62,959 nt of DNA, filler included, from Hausera hauseri (GCA_046269625.1; 9 parts of 9 records of this genome joined end to end with filler, not necessarily neighbours in it), one strand, 5' to 3'. Counted from the whole stretch's first letter, positions 21,671-33,998 are shown. The notes: generated by a model from the sequence alone, not told the origin. Numbers and translations are program-made.

Positions 21671-22234
21671 TGTTGTGGATTAGTCAGCTAGTAGTCTAGA
21701 CTAGTTGTACTAGACTGACCATCAAAATCAAAATCCCCGCGCGCGGCTAGTTTAAAAGTGACAGTTAATTTGATAATTGCGCCGGCGCTACAAAATTACT
21801 ATAAATAGTGAGACGAATTTCATTCTCACCGAATAACATTTTTGTTTAATGCTGTTGCTGAATCAATTTTGGGAAATTTTTGACATTTGGAATTTCTAAA
21901 TAGAGATTCATTTTTTAAAACCATTCATAAGTGAGTTTAGTATACGTAATTGTGTTCGTCTTATTTTTATCTTTATTTGGTAAATTGGTGGTTTTTATCA
22001 GTTTATTTGCTCGATTTGGTAAAATACATATTATATATTTTAATTCACTTCTTCTTATAAGTAAAAATATTGAAGCACGTTTTGCAGAGAAAACGTAGCT
22101 AACTAAACAAGTTTTTTATTTCCTCAATATAACAAATACCTACATACAATTAAATAACATACTTTTATCCCTCAGATTTGTGCATTTAAGAATTTTCAAT
22201 TAAAATTTTGATTGAACATTCTTAAATAACAATA
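21671..22234 (+). repeat. LTR (~560 bp) shared between tandem copies 1 and 2
   Basis: Bounded by PPT+TGTTG and by TAACA(ATA)+PBS; TATAAATA at 21800-21807; only one copy visible so the 3' end is uncertain by a few nt. Confidence 0.8.
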
Positions 22235-22237
22235 AAT

Positions 22238-22249
22238 TGGCGCCCGAAC
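22238..22249 (+). promoter_or_regulatory. Primer binding site, tRNA-Lys(UUU)
   Basis: TGGCGCCCGAAC equals the first 12 nt of the canonical tRNA-Lys3 PBS. Confidence 0.88.
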
Positions 22250-22821
22250 TCAAGTACGTTTGATTTACATTTCACCATTGATTTCATACGACGATTTTTA
22301 TCAAGGCGTAATAGGCCTGAATTTACCGTTATTGTTGGAGAAACAAAAATCCGTTTTCGTAATTACCAAACCTTTCTGGATTTCCTTGAAACTCAGAAAC
22401 GTTCTAATAATATCGTGCTTTTTAAGAAAGCTATTGTTATTGAAAAAAGTACTTGAATTCTGGTTGTTCCCCTACATATAACTTGAAACTTTCAACACAC
22501 GTTGTTAACCTTCAAGGGTCGGGGAAAATTGTAGTGTAAAATTGTGCGTTAGAAAACAAAAGTAATTAAATTCTTTTTTGACATACTTAGACTTCTGACT
22601 CCGACAGTCAAGTAGTCGCACAATATAAAATCAGCCAAGACTTAAGTAATAATTAATAAATACCATTGGGAAAAATATACAAATTAAAGTAGCTAAAGCC
22701 AACACTAATCATAAGTCGAAAAACTAGAAGTCAAAGCTTACTTAGATTTAAGGATAAAATAGACTTACCTACTGAAAAAATACCTATAGTTTTAGCAGAA
22801 AAACTTCAAATTAATAAGGAA

Positions 22822-25148
22822 ATGGCTGCTAAAGAAAACAACCTAAATGTTTATGACTTTAGAAATTTTAAGATTGATGTAGAGAAATTTAATGGACAAC
22901 CTGATAAGTTGTTAACGTTTTTGAAAGCATATAAATCTCAAAGCACCGCATTAGAAGTTAGTGAAAAAGACCAAATCAGACGTTTGCCTTTATACTTAAC
23001 AGACATAGCTATAGACGCTTATAATGAGTTGACTGAAGCCGAGCGAAAAAATTGGAACACAATAAGCATAGCAATGATAGACAGGTTTCTGCCGACCATG
23101 ACTCCTCAACAACAGTTAATAATTTTCCAAAATAGATTTCAGAAAAATGAATCAGTTACTCAGTTTGCATACTCTTTACGACAATTGATTTCCAACTATG
23201 TAGAAGCCATAAAATTGGCAAAAATGAGACAAAATGGAAATAATGAAGTCGAAGAGATCAAAGTTGATACTGATATTTTGCTATCTACACAATTTATTAG
23301 AGGTTTAATACCAGATTTGAGGTATAAGGTTCTGGCCGGAAGTCCAAATACATTTGCTGATGCTTTAAAAATGGCACAAAATTTTGAAGCGTTTAAACCG
23401 CCTAAACAAAATCGAGATAATAATTACCAGTCGCCAAATTCTAATTCTCAGCAAAGCATGCCACAAGAAGATCCTAGACGGAATTCTCCTGGCAATCAAC
23501 AACGTAATGATAATTTAGAAAGTATTCAAACTAACAAGAAACCGTTTTATAAAGGCAACAACTATCAAAATGATGGACGAGAAGATGTAAATAAAACAGG
23601 CAGAATTATAAAATGTTATAGATGTCAGCGTACCGGTCATACTGCAAATAATTGTAGAACTCCTAATGACAAATTGCCAATAAAAAGCGAGCCTACAACA
23701 AAATCAGCAGCTTTTAATGGCCCTGTCGAAAATTATTACTTTGATTGCTGGCCAATGGAAAAACTAGATGCAAAAGAACTTGCTAAACTTCAAAATCCTG
23801 ATGCAAACCGTACGTATTATACTTGCGGTACGGACGACGATGAAGAATTGTTACAAGCCAAGAGAATAATTATTGCAGCGCATAAAGATGCAGTTCGAAA
23901 ACATTTTGCTGGATATAAATTAACAGAAATGGAACAAATAGCATTTGACTCATTACCAATACCAATCGCAGCTGTAGATAAAGATGGAAAGAAAACTATT
24001 AAAATGTTGTCTTATGGTTATACAGACGGACTGCCAGCTAAGTTGAAAAAGATTCCAGAAAAAATTTCTGAAGATACATTGTCAAAATTGAAGAAACCTA
24101 GAAAAAGTTCAAAATCCCCTTCAAGGAAACTTGCAGATAAATTCATACAGGATGATAAGGAAATTTCTGAAGAAACTAAAGGAAAAGTTATGAATGAAAT
24201 GATAAAAGATTTAGACCAATTAGCAAGAGGTCAAATACCTTTTGGTTTAGAGAAACTTGAATCTATAAATGCGTACTTGCAGCCTACTAGTTCGTCAAAA
24301 GGCAATTATAATAAACTTATGAAAGAAATGTATGATTTTCGTAAAACTGAAATACAAGAAGACCAAAGAAAACAAATTGACCAGGTTATTGAAGAAGTAT
24401 TAAACAAAGACAAAACGCCTGAAGAAATTGAATTAGAAACCTTACTTAAAGAAGCACAAGAGGTTATAAACAAAGAATTTCCTACATCACAATATGTAGA
24501 AGACGTGATTATTAAATTGGTTCAATATAAATTAAAGACAAAAAACTTGCCAACTAAGCAAAAACAAGCATTGAATGATGATATTAAAACATTAGAAAAT
24601 AAATCCAGCTTTATAAAAAATAAGCTAAATGAATTTCAAGTTGCAAATGACGAAATTACCGACATTTTGGATCAAGCTTTATCAGTGTCTGATTTACAAA
24701 AATGGTCTGCTCTTCAAATTTTAGCTCAACGAAGCCAAAAAGAACCTCTCAGTCTAGAAAAAATAGAAGAACTAAATGACATTCAAAGCAAATTATTAGA
24801 AGTTACCACATCATTTATAGGCTCTATATCAGAATTAAAATTCGAAATTCGTAAACTATTAAATGAAAATGAAGATATAGATACTAGACAAAAAGCTGAA
24901 TTAATAAAAACTCTCAAAGAAATTAGAAAATTAGGTATAAATCCCGATCCAGAAAAAGAACAACAATTAGAGAAACTTATAGTAGCTGTAAATGAGATCA
25001 GAAATAATATGTTATACAGTGTAGACTTAGATAAAGCAGATTTGGAATCAGAAATTACAACACCAAGTACGACAGCCATGAAAGAGATAGAAGAAAAGAA
25101 AACGGTTACAGTAGTGATCTCATCAGATTCTGATGAAGATTCACTTAA
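22822..25148 (+). CDS. gag: Gag and helical insert of tandem copy 2, truncated by contig end
   Basis: Colinear with 8738-11035; ATG start MAAKENN; identical CCHC knuckle; many synonymous differences. Confidence 0.95.
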
Positions 25149-25438
25149 NNNNNNNNNNNNNNNNNNNNNNNNNNNNNNNNNNNNNNNNNNNNTTAATTAA
25201 TTAANNNNNNNNNNNNNNNNNNNNNNNNNNNNNNNNNNNNNNNNNNNNCAATACGTGTGTATATATTATATATATTATGTAAATATTGTTTAATAATTTA
25301 TCAATTTATCAATAAATTCAATACATAATCGTGTTTCTTTCGTTGTTCTTTCAACTGTTGGATTTTATTTATACAATGGATATATATCTACCCACAGTTG
25401 GGTTTTCAGTCGACGTGCCGTTGATCGTCTGGGCCCAT

Positions 25439-26671
25439 TTAGTTTTTTGACGGCTTATGAAACTTGCAGCCGGGTCGACAGACCTTTGCATCTGGACCGA
25501 AATAGTTGTGATAAATGCAAGTGTCTTGCATTTTTACGTTTGCCGGTGGCTTGTTGAATTGACAACCATGGTAGCATTTATAGGCGGATTCGCCAAATCG
25601 AGTGTGGAAATGGCAAATTTTAAAAAATTTGCCTTTCTTTCGCTTGGGAAATTGGCGCCTAGATTGCGGTTTGTCTCTGGCTGGCGGATTTTTGTGCGTT
25701 ACAAGTGCCTGCAATGCGGCAATGATAGTATCCAGCTGATTTTGCTGGGTCGTTGTGACGGAATGGATATTTTTCGTCAGTGCAGATTCTACGGTGCCTT
25801 TAGTACACTCGTATATTTTGTCGGCTTTTAATGCCATATCGTCCAAAGTGGTATAGGGCGGTAATAGCACCAATGGCGCTTAAATTTGATTGGGCAAACT
25901 ACTTAGGAAGTAGCGCCGTAGTATATGCTGGTTGGTGTGGAAGTCCAACTCAGCACTGCTCAGGTCTGAGCGTAACTTGTGAAGCAGAGCAGACGGTTTT
26001 CTATTGCCTGTCTGTCGCTTGGTGAAGACCAAGTTGAACTGGACTTGTTGGGATGGTAGATATGCTTTGCATGTGGTTGCTTTGATTTTGTCGAACGGTT
26101 TTTCATTTGACAGTAGCGTGTCCAGATCCGTTATGGCTGCAAGCGTTGTTGGCTGCAGGTATTGAATGAGTGTTAAGGCCTTGTTTAGTTGGCCAGTGAT
26201 GCTGCATTGAGTAGCCCATGTTTCAAACACATGGAACTACTTCAATATCGTTCCGGCCGAACCTATGAAGAAAGTTGGACATTGTAATTTGGGTGGTTTA
26301 GCTTATGCTGCTGAAGCAGTTTCTACTTTTTTGTCAGGCGTAAGGTTGTCAACGCCTCCTTTTAGTTTGCGGGTTGCAAGCAGTGTCGCATTGTTCGTAG
26401 GGAAATAATCCGAAATGGGATTGTCCCATGGACGCAAAATTTTTGAGTTGTGTGAAAAAATGTGGTCCGAACATAAAATGGCGAGCTGTTGTAACATTGC
26501 CTTAACGGACATGTGTTCCAAGAAGCGATACGCTTTCGTGTTGCGTAATCCGCGTATAAAAAATTGCATCACTTGCGGTTTTGTTGTGTCATTGGAATCC
26601 TGTGCCGAATTAACTGTGTTGGTGCGTGTGTTAGTGCTAGGATATCTTAGCACTTGTTCAGAATCACTCAT
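25439..26671 (-). pseudogene. gag: Ubiquitin-like domain-Gag fusion of a second Gypsy family, three in-frame stops
   Basis: ORFs 26303-26671, 25880-26230 and 25439-25873 share one frame (stops at 26303, 26237, 25880). KLQCPTF..(W)F capsid-like start; two C-x2-H-x2-FG-x2-A-x2-C-x3-C knuckles; A AAA AAC slippery site before the stop. Confidence 0.8.
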
Positions 26672-26830
26672 TGTGATTTTCTAATTGATAACCGTGTGGT
26701 TAACGGGTCTCGTGTTATCACGTATAGTGATGTGAGTATTTGTGGCCGGATTATTACCAACGGCGGTGTTCGTTATAAAAACCGGATGAGTATCCACGGT
26801 TCTGTCCGAAAGGGACGAGTGTGCGGTATT

Positions 26831-26841
26831 CGCTGCCACCA
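26831..26841 (-). promoter_or_regulatory. Primer binding site, tRNA-Leu
   Basis: TGGTGGCAGCG on the minus strand, 160 nt upstream of the Ubl-gag ATG. Confidence 0.75.
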
Positions 26842-26844
26842 TTT

Positions 26845-28043
26845 TAGAAGTCTTACATATAATAAAACTTGTAAATAAAAAACGGCAGAGCGTGCGAATG
26901 CAGTTGAATAAAACGACTGAAAAAACCATAAGAACAACAACAAAATAATGAGGGTAACATTTATTAGTTTTGTGTGAGTCGTCCTCCGAGGCGTACGAAT
27001 CCTCGGTTGAGGAAACGGCTGCGTTAATCCTCGGATTCCGGCGCGGGCAAGTCGAAATGTCATCCGAACTTGAATCAGTTGGTGCTAATTCATGTCTGTC
27101 TGGCTCCAACCGGCGGCAACGGAGTGGTGTGGAAGCATCGTCTGGGGAGGAGCACACTGTCATAACTGCCTGCTTATGAGTGGCTCGATGGTTTGGAATC
27201 AGCTGGCTCTCCGATGGAACCAGTGATTCATATAATCGATCGGTTGACTCCATCAGTCGCAGGAATACCGGGAGGAAAACCGACGAATCGAAGAGACGAC
27301 GGTTATCTCCATCCTGTTAAACCGATGGAGCGTGCTTGCTGGGAGAGGGTATGGATCATCTCTCTACAGCCCGACCAGGTATCATATGAAGCGACTCCTC
27401 TGCAGGAGTTCCCGTACCGTCAGAAAGTCCAAATAGGACCGGTACGGGGCTTGCTTGTGTGTGTCGTGACGGCGTTTTCCTCTGGAGGCGGCGTTCCGTC
27501 CGATGGTGTGTCGTTCATCCGGTCGATCCTTGTCCTGTTGTGTGGTGCGATTGTAGGCATTATTGTCTGTCTTGGCATCTACTGGTCGGGGTATCTTTGG
27601 GATACGATACCCCGAAGTCAGTAAAGTTTTCCTTTCACCGTGGGTGGTGTCAGATGTTTTAATGTATCTGCGGGGATTGTTCTCGCATTGTTTCGGGCGA
27701 TCGGTTCGCCGGGTTTGGTAGCTCAGATTGATGGCTTCATTTTCTGCATTTTAGGCACGTTTGATTCGTATTTCTTTTTTTTTGAAAAAACTGTCCGATC
27801 CTTGATCTGTGGATTCAAACAAATGTATTAAATCCACAGATCTTGATTGTTTTTATTTTGTAAGTGCTGCTTATTTCAGCACTTGTGATTCCGTGATTTA
27901 TTTTGATAATTCAAATTTTGTAAATTTTGCTGAATATTAATTTTATTTTGATAATTTAATTTTTGTTTGTACATGAATCCGTGATATTATATTGTAATTT
28001 TAAATTTTTATATTTTTTCCTTGTTGTAAGGTGGAACCTTACA
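26845..28043 (-). repeat. Putative ~1.2-kb LTR of the Ubl-Gag element
   Basis: Starts TGTAAGGTTCCACCTTACA; AATAAA at 26960-26965; ends just before the PBS; 5' part homologous to 37600-37740. Confidence 0.6.
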
Positions 28044-28239
28044 ATATGGTCACTACCACATTCTTCTGTTAATTTGTCAAGAATTTCTTTGTCCTGAGTT
28101 AAAATTTCTGGTCGTTTGGGTCTGTGTAAAGCTATATTAAGTAACTGATATAAGGATATACCCCATGTAATAAAAGACGTAGAAACTCCTGCATGTAAAT
28201 TAAGAGGATTTGTTTTCAAGAATTATTGAGCATCTAATG

Positions 28240-28632
28240 CTATAGTTTTGAAAGCATAGGCATCGCATTGTGCAAAATATTGATTTTAGATTTACAAATG
28301 TGTAATTTCAAATAGTAGTATTCCGGAGACCATTTATTGTCTGGAGATCTATTGATTTCCCATAAGAATATACGTATCCAAGTTTGCTTATGAGTCAATC
28401 CAATGTCTGATTCTGCTACCAATTCTCCAATTAGTTCAATTTCATTACTTTCTGTTTCCAAGCTTTTTAAATATTGTTGACGAAGGGAATGCACAATTTC
28501 GTGTAAATTCTGTTTTGGATATTGTTGTTTTAGTTTAACTATTTCGCATTCCACGTTCAAATTTTGTTTTGGTAATTTTTTGAGCATTTGTAATAGATGT
28601 GTTACTTCATGTACTTCAATTGATCGGTCCAC
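28240..28632 (-). CDS. Hypothetical protein (130 aa)
   Basis: ATG-initiated ORF overlapping the end of the upstream ORF; no motif recognised. Confidence 0.3.
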   Translation of the reverse strand: MDRSIEVHEVTHLLQMLKKLPKQNLNVECEIVKLKQQYPKQNLHEIVHSLRQQYLKSLETESNEIELIGELVAESDIGLTHKQTWIRIFLWEINRSPDNKWSPEYYYLKLHICKSKINILHNAMPMLSKL

Positions 28633-29525
28633 TTCGTTTTTTTGTAAGATTTAAATCTTTTTATTATTGCTGTGATATTTCTATATGATGAGCTATCCCA
28701 CGTGTTTCCTTTTACTATATCATTATTCCTTATTGCATTACATGATTTTAATAGTAGGAACTTATCTTTTGCTGACATTTCCTCATAAGACTTTCCGAAT
28801 TCTATTAAAATGGTATCAGTAATTGATATAAATATATTGTCGTCTGATATTATATATCGATCTATGGCCATTCTATTGAATTCCATTTGTACTTCTTCAT
28901 CATCCATCCAGGGTATATCATCTAATTCCACTCTGGGCCATGTACGGCTTTTAACAATTTCCTTTGTAGTGGTGGTGGTGGATGATTCCTTCAATAAACG
29001 TTGTATATGAGGATCCTTTGTCCATGGGTTTTCAATTATTTCTACTTCAGGTATTATGTAATTTAAAACTGTTCTAGCGGCTAATATATCAAAGATTTCA
29101 CCCAAAATCTTTTCTCTACTAACTCGTTTTTTCTCTTCCCATTGTCGTTTCGTGAATCGAATCAATTCTGTTAATTGTTCAACTGCATATATTGCTAGTA
29201 TGTATGATATAAATTTTACGTATTTCGCATGATCGAAATCGCTTGAGTGGGTTCGTTGGGCGGCACAGTTTCCCATTAAACAACATATTACTATGGTAGA
29301 TAGAAGTACTGAATTTGGTCTACCATGATTTCTTTGGTTTTCTTCATAATCAGAAGGAAGCAGTTGTTTAACCATCCTTTGATAATATCTTACTACTTGA
29401 CAAAATTTATAACATACTACTATTACCAATGCAACTACTGTGCTGCTTGCTAAACCTATTAAAAACATCAGTAATAAAAATAATCTATAATCTACAATTG
29501 GTAGAGTAGGAATAACTGCATATTC
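28602..29525 (-). CDS. Uncharacterised multi-TM protein, open to contig edge; possibly a retroelement accessory ORF
   Basis: At least 288 aa with three hydrophobic segments, intronless, immediately upstream of an LTR. Confidence 0.4.
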   Translation of the reverse strand, partial: EYAVIPTLPIVDYRLFLLLMFLIGLASSTVVALVIVVCYKFCQVVRYYQRMVKQLLPSDYEENQRNHGRPNSVLLSTIVICCLMGNCAAQRTHSSDFDHAKYVKFISYILAIYAVEQLTELIRFTKRQWEEKKRVSREKILGEIFDILAARTVLNYIIPEVEIIENPWTKDPHIQRLLKESSTTTTTKEIVKSRTWPRVELDDIPWMDDEEVQMEFNRMAIDRYIISDDNIFISITDTILIEFGKSYEEMSAKDKFLLLKSCNAIRNNDIVKGNTWDSSSYRNITAIIKRFKSYKKTKWTDQLKYMK

Positions 29526-30248
29526 NNNNNNNNNNNNNNNNNNNNNNNNNNNNNNNNNNNNNNNNNNNNTTAATTAATTAANNNNNNNNNNNNNNNNNNN
29601 NNNNNNNNNNNNNNNNNNNNNNNNNCATTACTTCTAAAATGTAATAGTTGTAATTATAAACAGCAACATGATAATACATACAAAACAAGAAGAATTCCTG
29701 TTTAAACACAATCATTTATATTTTTATTTTAAATGTGCAAATCTGCAAAATACACATTTTTGCATCAAATCTGCATGATGAACAGAATATGCTTTTTTTT
29801 GTACCTGAGAGCATAGCAGCACTTTTTACAGAAATGGGCGATTTTATCACAAAATCCTTTTAGCACCATTAGTTTAAGTCAAAACACTTGAATCAAAGAA
29901 CTTAAAGAGCATTTAAACCTTAAAGAGTTTTACCGTTTTTAGTGGATTTGTAGTGCATTTGTCTTATGCTTCCATTGTTGCACTTCACAAAAAATTTGAA
30001 AGAAACAACTTCAAAAACAAACAAAAATGACACTTTTTTTGGCACAACAGCATGTGGCAAAACTAAAGTGGCCAAGGAGGTTTAACAAAGTGCAAAACAC
30101 ACAAATAAACCCATTCATACTCCTTAAGTGTCCTTTTTACTCTTCAAGAAGTGACCTGTAAATAAACTTAGACAAACTTGGCAGGCAATCAAACCAAAAC
30201 TATGAAACTGAACCTGCATTTAAAACAATGACTCCGTCATAAACATGT

Positions 30249-33200
30249 TCAGTCACACTGGAGCTTTTTTCGCAGTGACTGGACTTTGGGTGAAAGTTTC
30301 AGGACATCTAGCTCAAGGAAGAGCTTTTGAAACACTTCGAACGTGTACTTCAGTCTTGGTGGATAACTTAAGTTCAGTGCGTAGATGATCCCCATAAGCA
30401 GGAGGCTGGCCTTTGCAACACTTTGACAACTGTGAAGTACCTCAGTTCCTTCGATGACAATGGAAACATCTAGATGGGTTGGGCCTTCACATTCTTCACT
30501 TACACGAAAGACACAGATCTTCATGATTTGCTCAACTTGATCCCCTTTGGCTTCCTCTCTGCTAACATCCTGTAAGAACATGTAAACCTGTGGTTAGTTG
30601 CATAATATTGTCCAAAAATATATTTGTGTGTTCATATACACTACTGATCAAAAGTTTTAAGACACCCTCACTTTTCCATTTTTAAATTTCATATTCAGGC
30701 AGCTCAAGTCCAATGAACAGCTTGAAACTGTACAAAGTTAAGTGCGAATTGCCAGAAGATTTTGAAAAATCCACGTCATTTACCCAGAATCCTTTCCGTG
30801 TAAATAAAATGTCCCCGTCCGTGTGGTATTTTTAAATTTTTAGTTCAAAAATGATAAAAAATAAACAGCCTACAGTATTTTTACAGTCTTTATTTTACCA
30901 TTAAAATATGTTTATCTAACAAAGTCTAATCTTACAACTAATCATGAACCCCTTCAATCATGTGCTTAGTGTGAACAATAATCTTTTCACATTATTTACA
31001 GTTTCCCAGAATCACCTTTAAGTGTCGCCAATGGAACCAGAACCATAGAAACGAGCGTACTCCAGCCTTGGAGTAGGTGTGGGGCTGCCCACGTTTCAAC
31101 ATTTATTTCAGTCTTGATACATCTGGAGTTTTGAGTGGAAAGCGGCGTACGCAAGGTTTTTGTCCATTGATACATGAGCCCCCTGGACTTTCTGGTTTGA
31201 CTAACCTTACATCATTTTAAAGCTCTGGCAGTTCAGCACTTACAATTGTACCTTTTCAAGCTGTTCATTGGACTTAAGCTGCTTGAATTTCAAATTTAAG
31301 ACTGGATAAATAAAGGTGTTGTAAAAATTTTTGAAAAGTAGTGTGTGTTTTTTTTAAACAGTCCCTAAAAATGTAACAGTACTTGCAAAGTTAGAGTGAT
31401 GCTTTCATTACCGTTTCATGTTTAAAATAGGAGAAATGAGAAATTCATTGTTTTCACAAAAGCATGAAAAAGGCAGTTAGTGGTAAGAACACAAAATATT
31501 GTTAAGTAATTTACTGTAAGTATGCAGATTTATGAACTAATACACTTTTACTTAAAGTTTATAAATACTTTTATTTTTGATTTGCTCCTTTTTTACTGGA
31601 AAGACAAGAAATGTGTTCTGTTATATGAACTCTCAATCCAGTTTATATGGTAAGGTAACCAGATAACCTCCAAGAAATCATGTTATGACCTTAACTTGAT
31701 CAAATCCTGATGTGATCTTACTGAGCTAACAAGATTTTAATTAACTTACTTTTATTTACTTTAAACCTGTAATTGATCTATTGATGCACATTTTTGCATT
31801 TGTGATCTAGCTCAAAAAATGTTATGTTACAGGATACACAGGGGTCTGCTTTAAAATTCTGAAACTGTTGGAATTTACAGTGTAGTCCTTAAAAAGTTCC
31901 TCTGCAGACTCTCCAAGATATTCCATCAGGCAGCGGATAATGGTCTCCCGTCTAGCTTCAACATGTTGCTATTTAAAAAAGACAAAGATTTATGAAAGTA
32001 GGTTGTACAATATATAAATCACACATGCATACATACCAAAACAAATTATTCTTAATGTCTTTTTTGTAAAAAAAATAAATAAATAAAATAAAAAAAGAGC
32101 CAGATAATATTGAGGATGAGCTTTGACAGATCATCTAATAACTTTTTGATTCTGTTGATGCTTGCCTGATGATAATATGGTTCTTTTTAATTTAATTTGT
32201 TGTGAATTCAGTTTATGGCAACAGTATGCAACACCTTACCTGACTGAGTGACTTGATTGCAGGTCTTATTTTAGTGCCAGCAATTCCACCTTTTTTGCTA
32301 AATATCTCAAGCAATTTTGGGGTGTAGAGGTCCAGCTTCGTCAGAAAGGTTCTCTCCAGATGTAAAGTTGTAACTCGTCTGAACTCCTCTTTAATCTGAA
32401 ACAAAAGAGATAACAAAAACGAATGTTGTGTTACAACTTTGACTAAGAAAAGCAGCTGGTTTTGATAATGTTCCTATCTGATGCTTAAAGCCTCGACCCC
32501 CTACAGCTTACAGACCGGTCCACTCCAGCTTGAGAAAGGGGGTTAGCATTTTCTAGCAGTGCTAAATGTTTTCTTATCATTTAATTTAAAGATGTCAAAA
32601 ACCTTACAGCATTACATGTTGGAGCCAGAATCTGTCCCAGAACCAGAGAGGAATTAAGACGGGGAAATTGTAGTCAGTAAGTACAGACCTTATTTGTCAG
32701 TTTTGTCACAATTAATTTGACATAGTAGTGGAATAGTAGAAAACAATAGAAAACACAGAAACTGAACAGGCTGGAAAATGACCCAACATCTTTTCAGCAC
32801 CAGGACAGACTAAATCAAACTGTTCTGCACTCCTAGAGACTCCAAGTACACAAAAAATGTATTTAACAGATAAACAAAGTTGAATTTGCATGATATGTCC
32901 CCTTAAATACTCAAAACATGGATTTACCTGTGCTTCAGTGAAAAGCGCAGGCCACCTCTCCTGGAAATCTTCGATGGCAGGACACTTCTTTACAACTTCT
33001 AGTCGTCGATAGGCGAAACACCTATCCATTTTCTCTGCAATCACCTTCTCATTGTTCTTTTTCTTCATTTCTTGCAAAAGGTTTATTCTCTCCTTCTCCA
33101 ACGTGTCTTCTGTGTCTCCCAAAGGAAGTGGAGGGAGGTAGTTCACTTCAGCTTTCTTAGGCTTTTTGATTCCTTTGCTTGAACCTTGTTCATTCAACCT

Positions 33201-33998
33201 CTTTTTTTTCAGTGAGTTCACCTCCAACTCTGGACAGACAAGTTGGCGACCTCTTAATTTTGCTCGGTAATTACCCATTTTATATTTGATCCTTTGCTGC
33301 CATCCATACAGACCATTAAAAGATCCTGGCTCTTTGAGGCATGGGTACTTTTCAATTAGAGCTTCAACCACAGTCAATATTTGGATCCCAGTTGGGTATG
33401 CTGTGTAGCCAAATACCACTTCTGCCAGCTTCTCTAGTATGCTACTTGTCAATCTTGGGTCATTGAGCAGCGTGCCATCATTGAGGAATGCTTGGTTTCC
33501 AGCTTCCAGCTGAAGTTCAACATCATAGGAAAAGGTAGGTATTTCAAACTTGGCTGGCCAAAGTTGAGTACGACGAGATGTGCCACTTTCATCTGAAGAA
33601 GAGAGAAGGATAGTGTCCTGAGATCCTGATGAGTCCGCAAAAGAGTTGTCTGAGGATTCTTCTGGTAGTGGGGAGTCAGCCTCTGATTCTTCCACAGAAC
33701 TCAGATTCAGCACAATTGGCTGTCTTTGGACAATCTTTAATGTTGCCCTGTCTTCCAACTCTTCAATGGAGCTCAGAGTAAAAAACTCGCCTCCAAAGTC
33801 CATGTCTTGATAAAGGACAGTAAAATCCCCTGGAATATTGAAAGTCTCTCTGATTACATTTAAAAGGTCTGTGAGAGTACTTGGTAAGCCTGAAAGAAGA
33901 GTCATTTTGCGAATATCGTTCTCTTCAAAAATGATGCGTAGTTTTGCTGGAGCATCCAGCTTGGCTGAGGAAGCTGCATTGGAAACAGAAAAGACCAC
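30249..33998 (-). CDS. SAMD3-like protein of fish EnSpm/CACTA-type transposons, 4 exons
   Basis: Motifs YTAYPT..LIEKYPCLKEPGSFNGLYGW..KYKMGNYRAKLR, KKPKKAEVNYLP, RWPALF, IYALNLSYPPRLKYTFEVFQKLFLELD; exons approximately 33998-32928, 32395-32240, 31967-31880, 30570-30249. Confidence 0.85.
30639..31343. mobile_element. Non-autonomous Tc1-like element within an intron
   Basis: TA+CACTACTGATCAAAAGTTTT at left, ..TTTTGAAAAGTAGTG at right; long imperfect TIRs (GCAGCTCAAGTCCAATGAACAGCTTGAAA / TTTCAAGCTGTTCATTGGACTTAAGCTGC). Confidence 0.8.

Larger units (their letters stand above)
8738..22234 (+). mobile_element. Giant env-bearing Ty3/Gypsy (Metaviridae-like) LTR retroelement, copy 1 (5' end cut by contig edge)
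   Basis: Gag, CCHC, PR-RT-RH-IN order with GPY motif, then PPT and LTR; extra glycoprotein and exonuclease-like domains in the same ORFs. Confidence 0.93.

Noticed and set aside
25439-26683. Alternative genetic code (TAA/TAG read as sense) explaining in-frame stops
   Set aside because: One stop replaces an expected Trp (TGG to TAG), the gag itself ends in TAA, and other long ORFs are stop-free; ordinary decay is enough
26681-27624. ORFs of 190 aa (-) and 143 aa (+)
   Set aside because: Fall largely within the inferred LTR upstream of the PBS; no protein motifs
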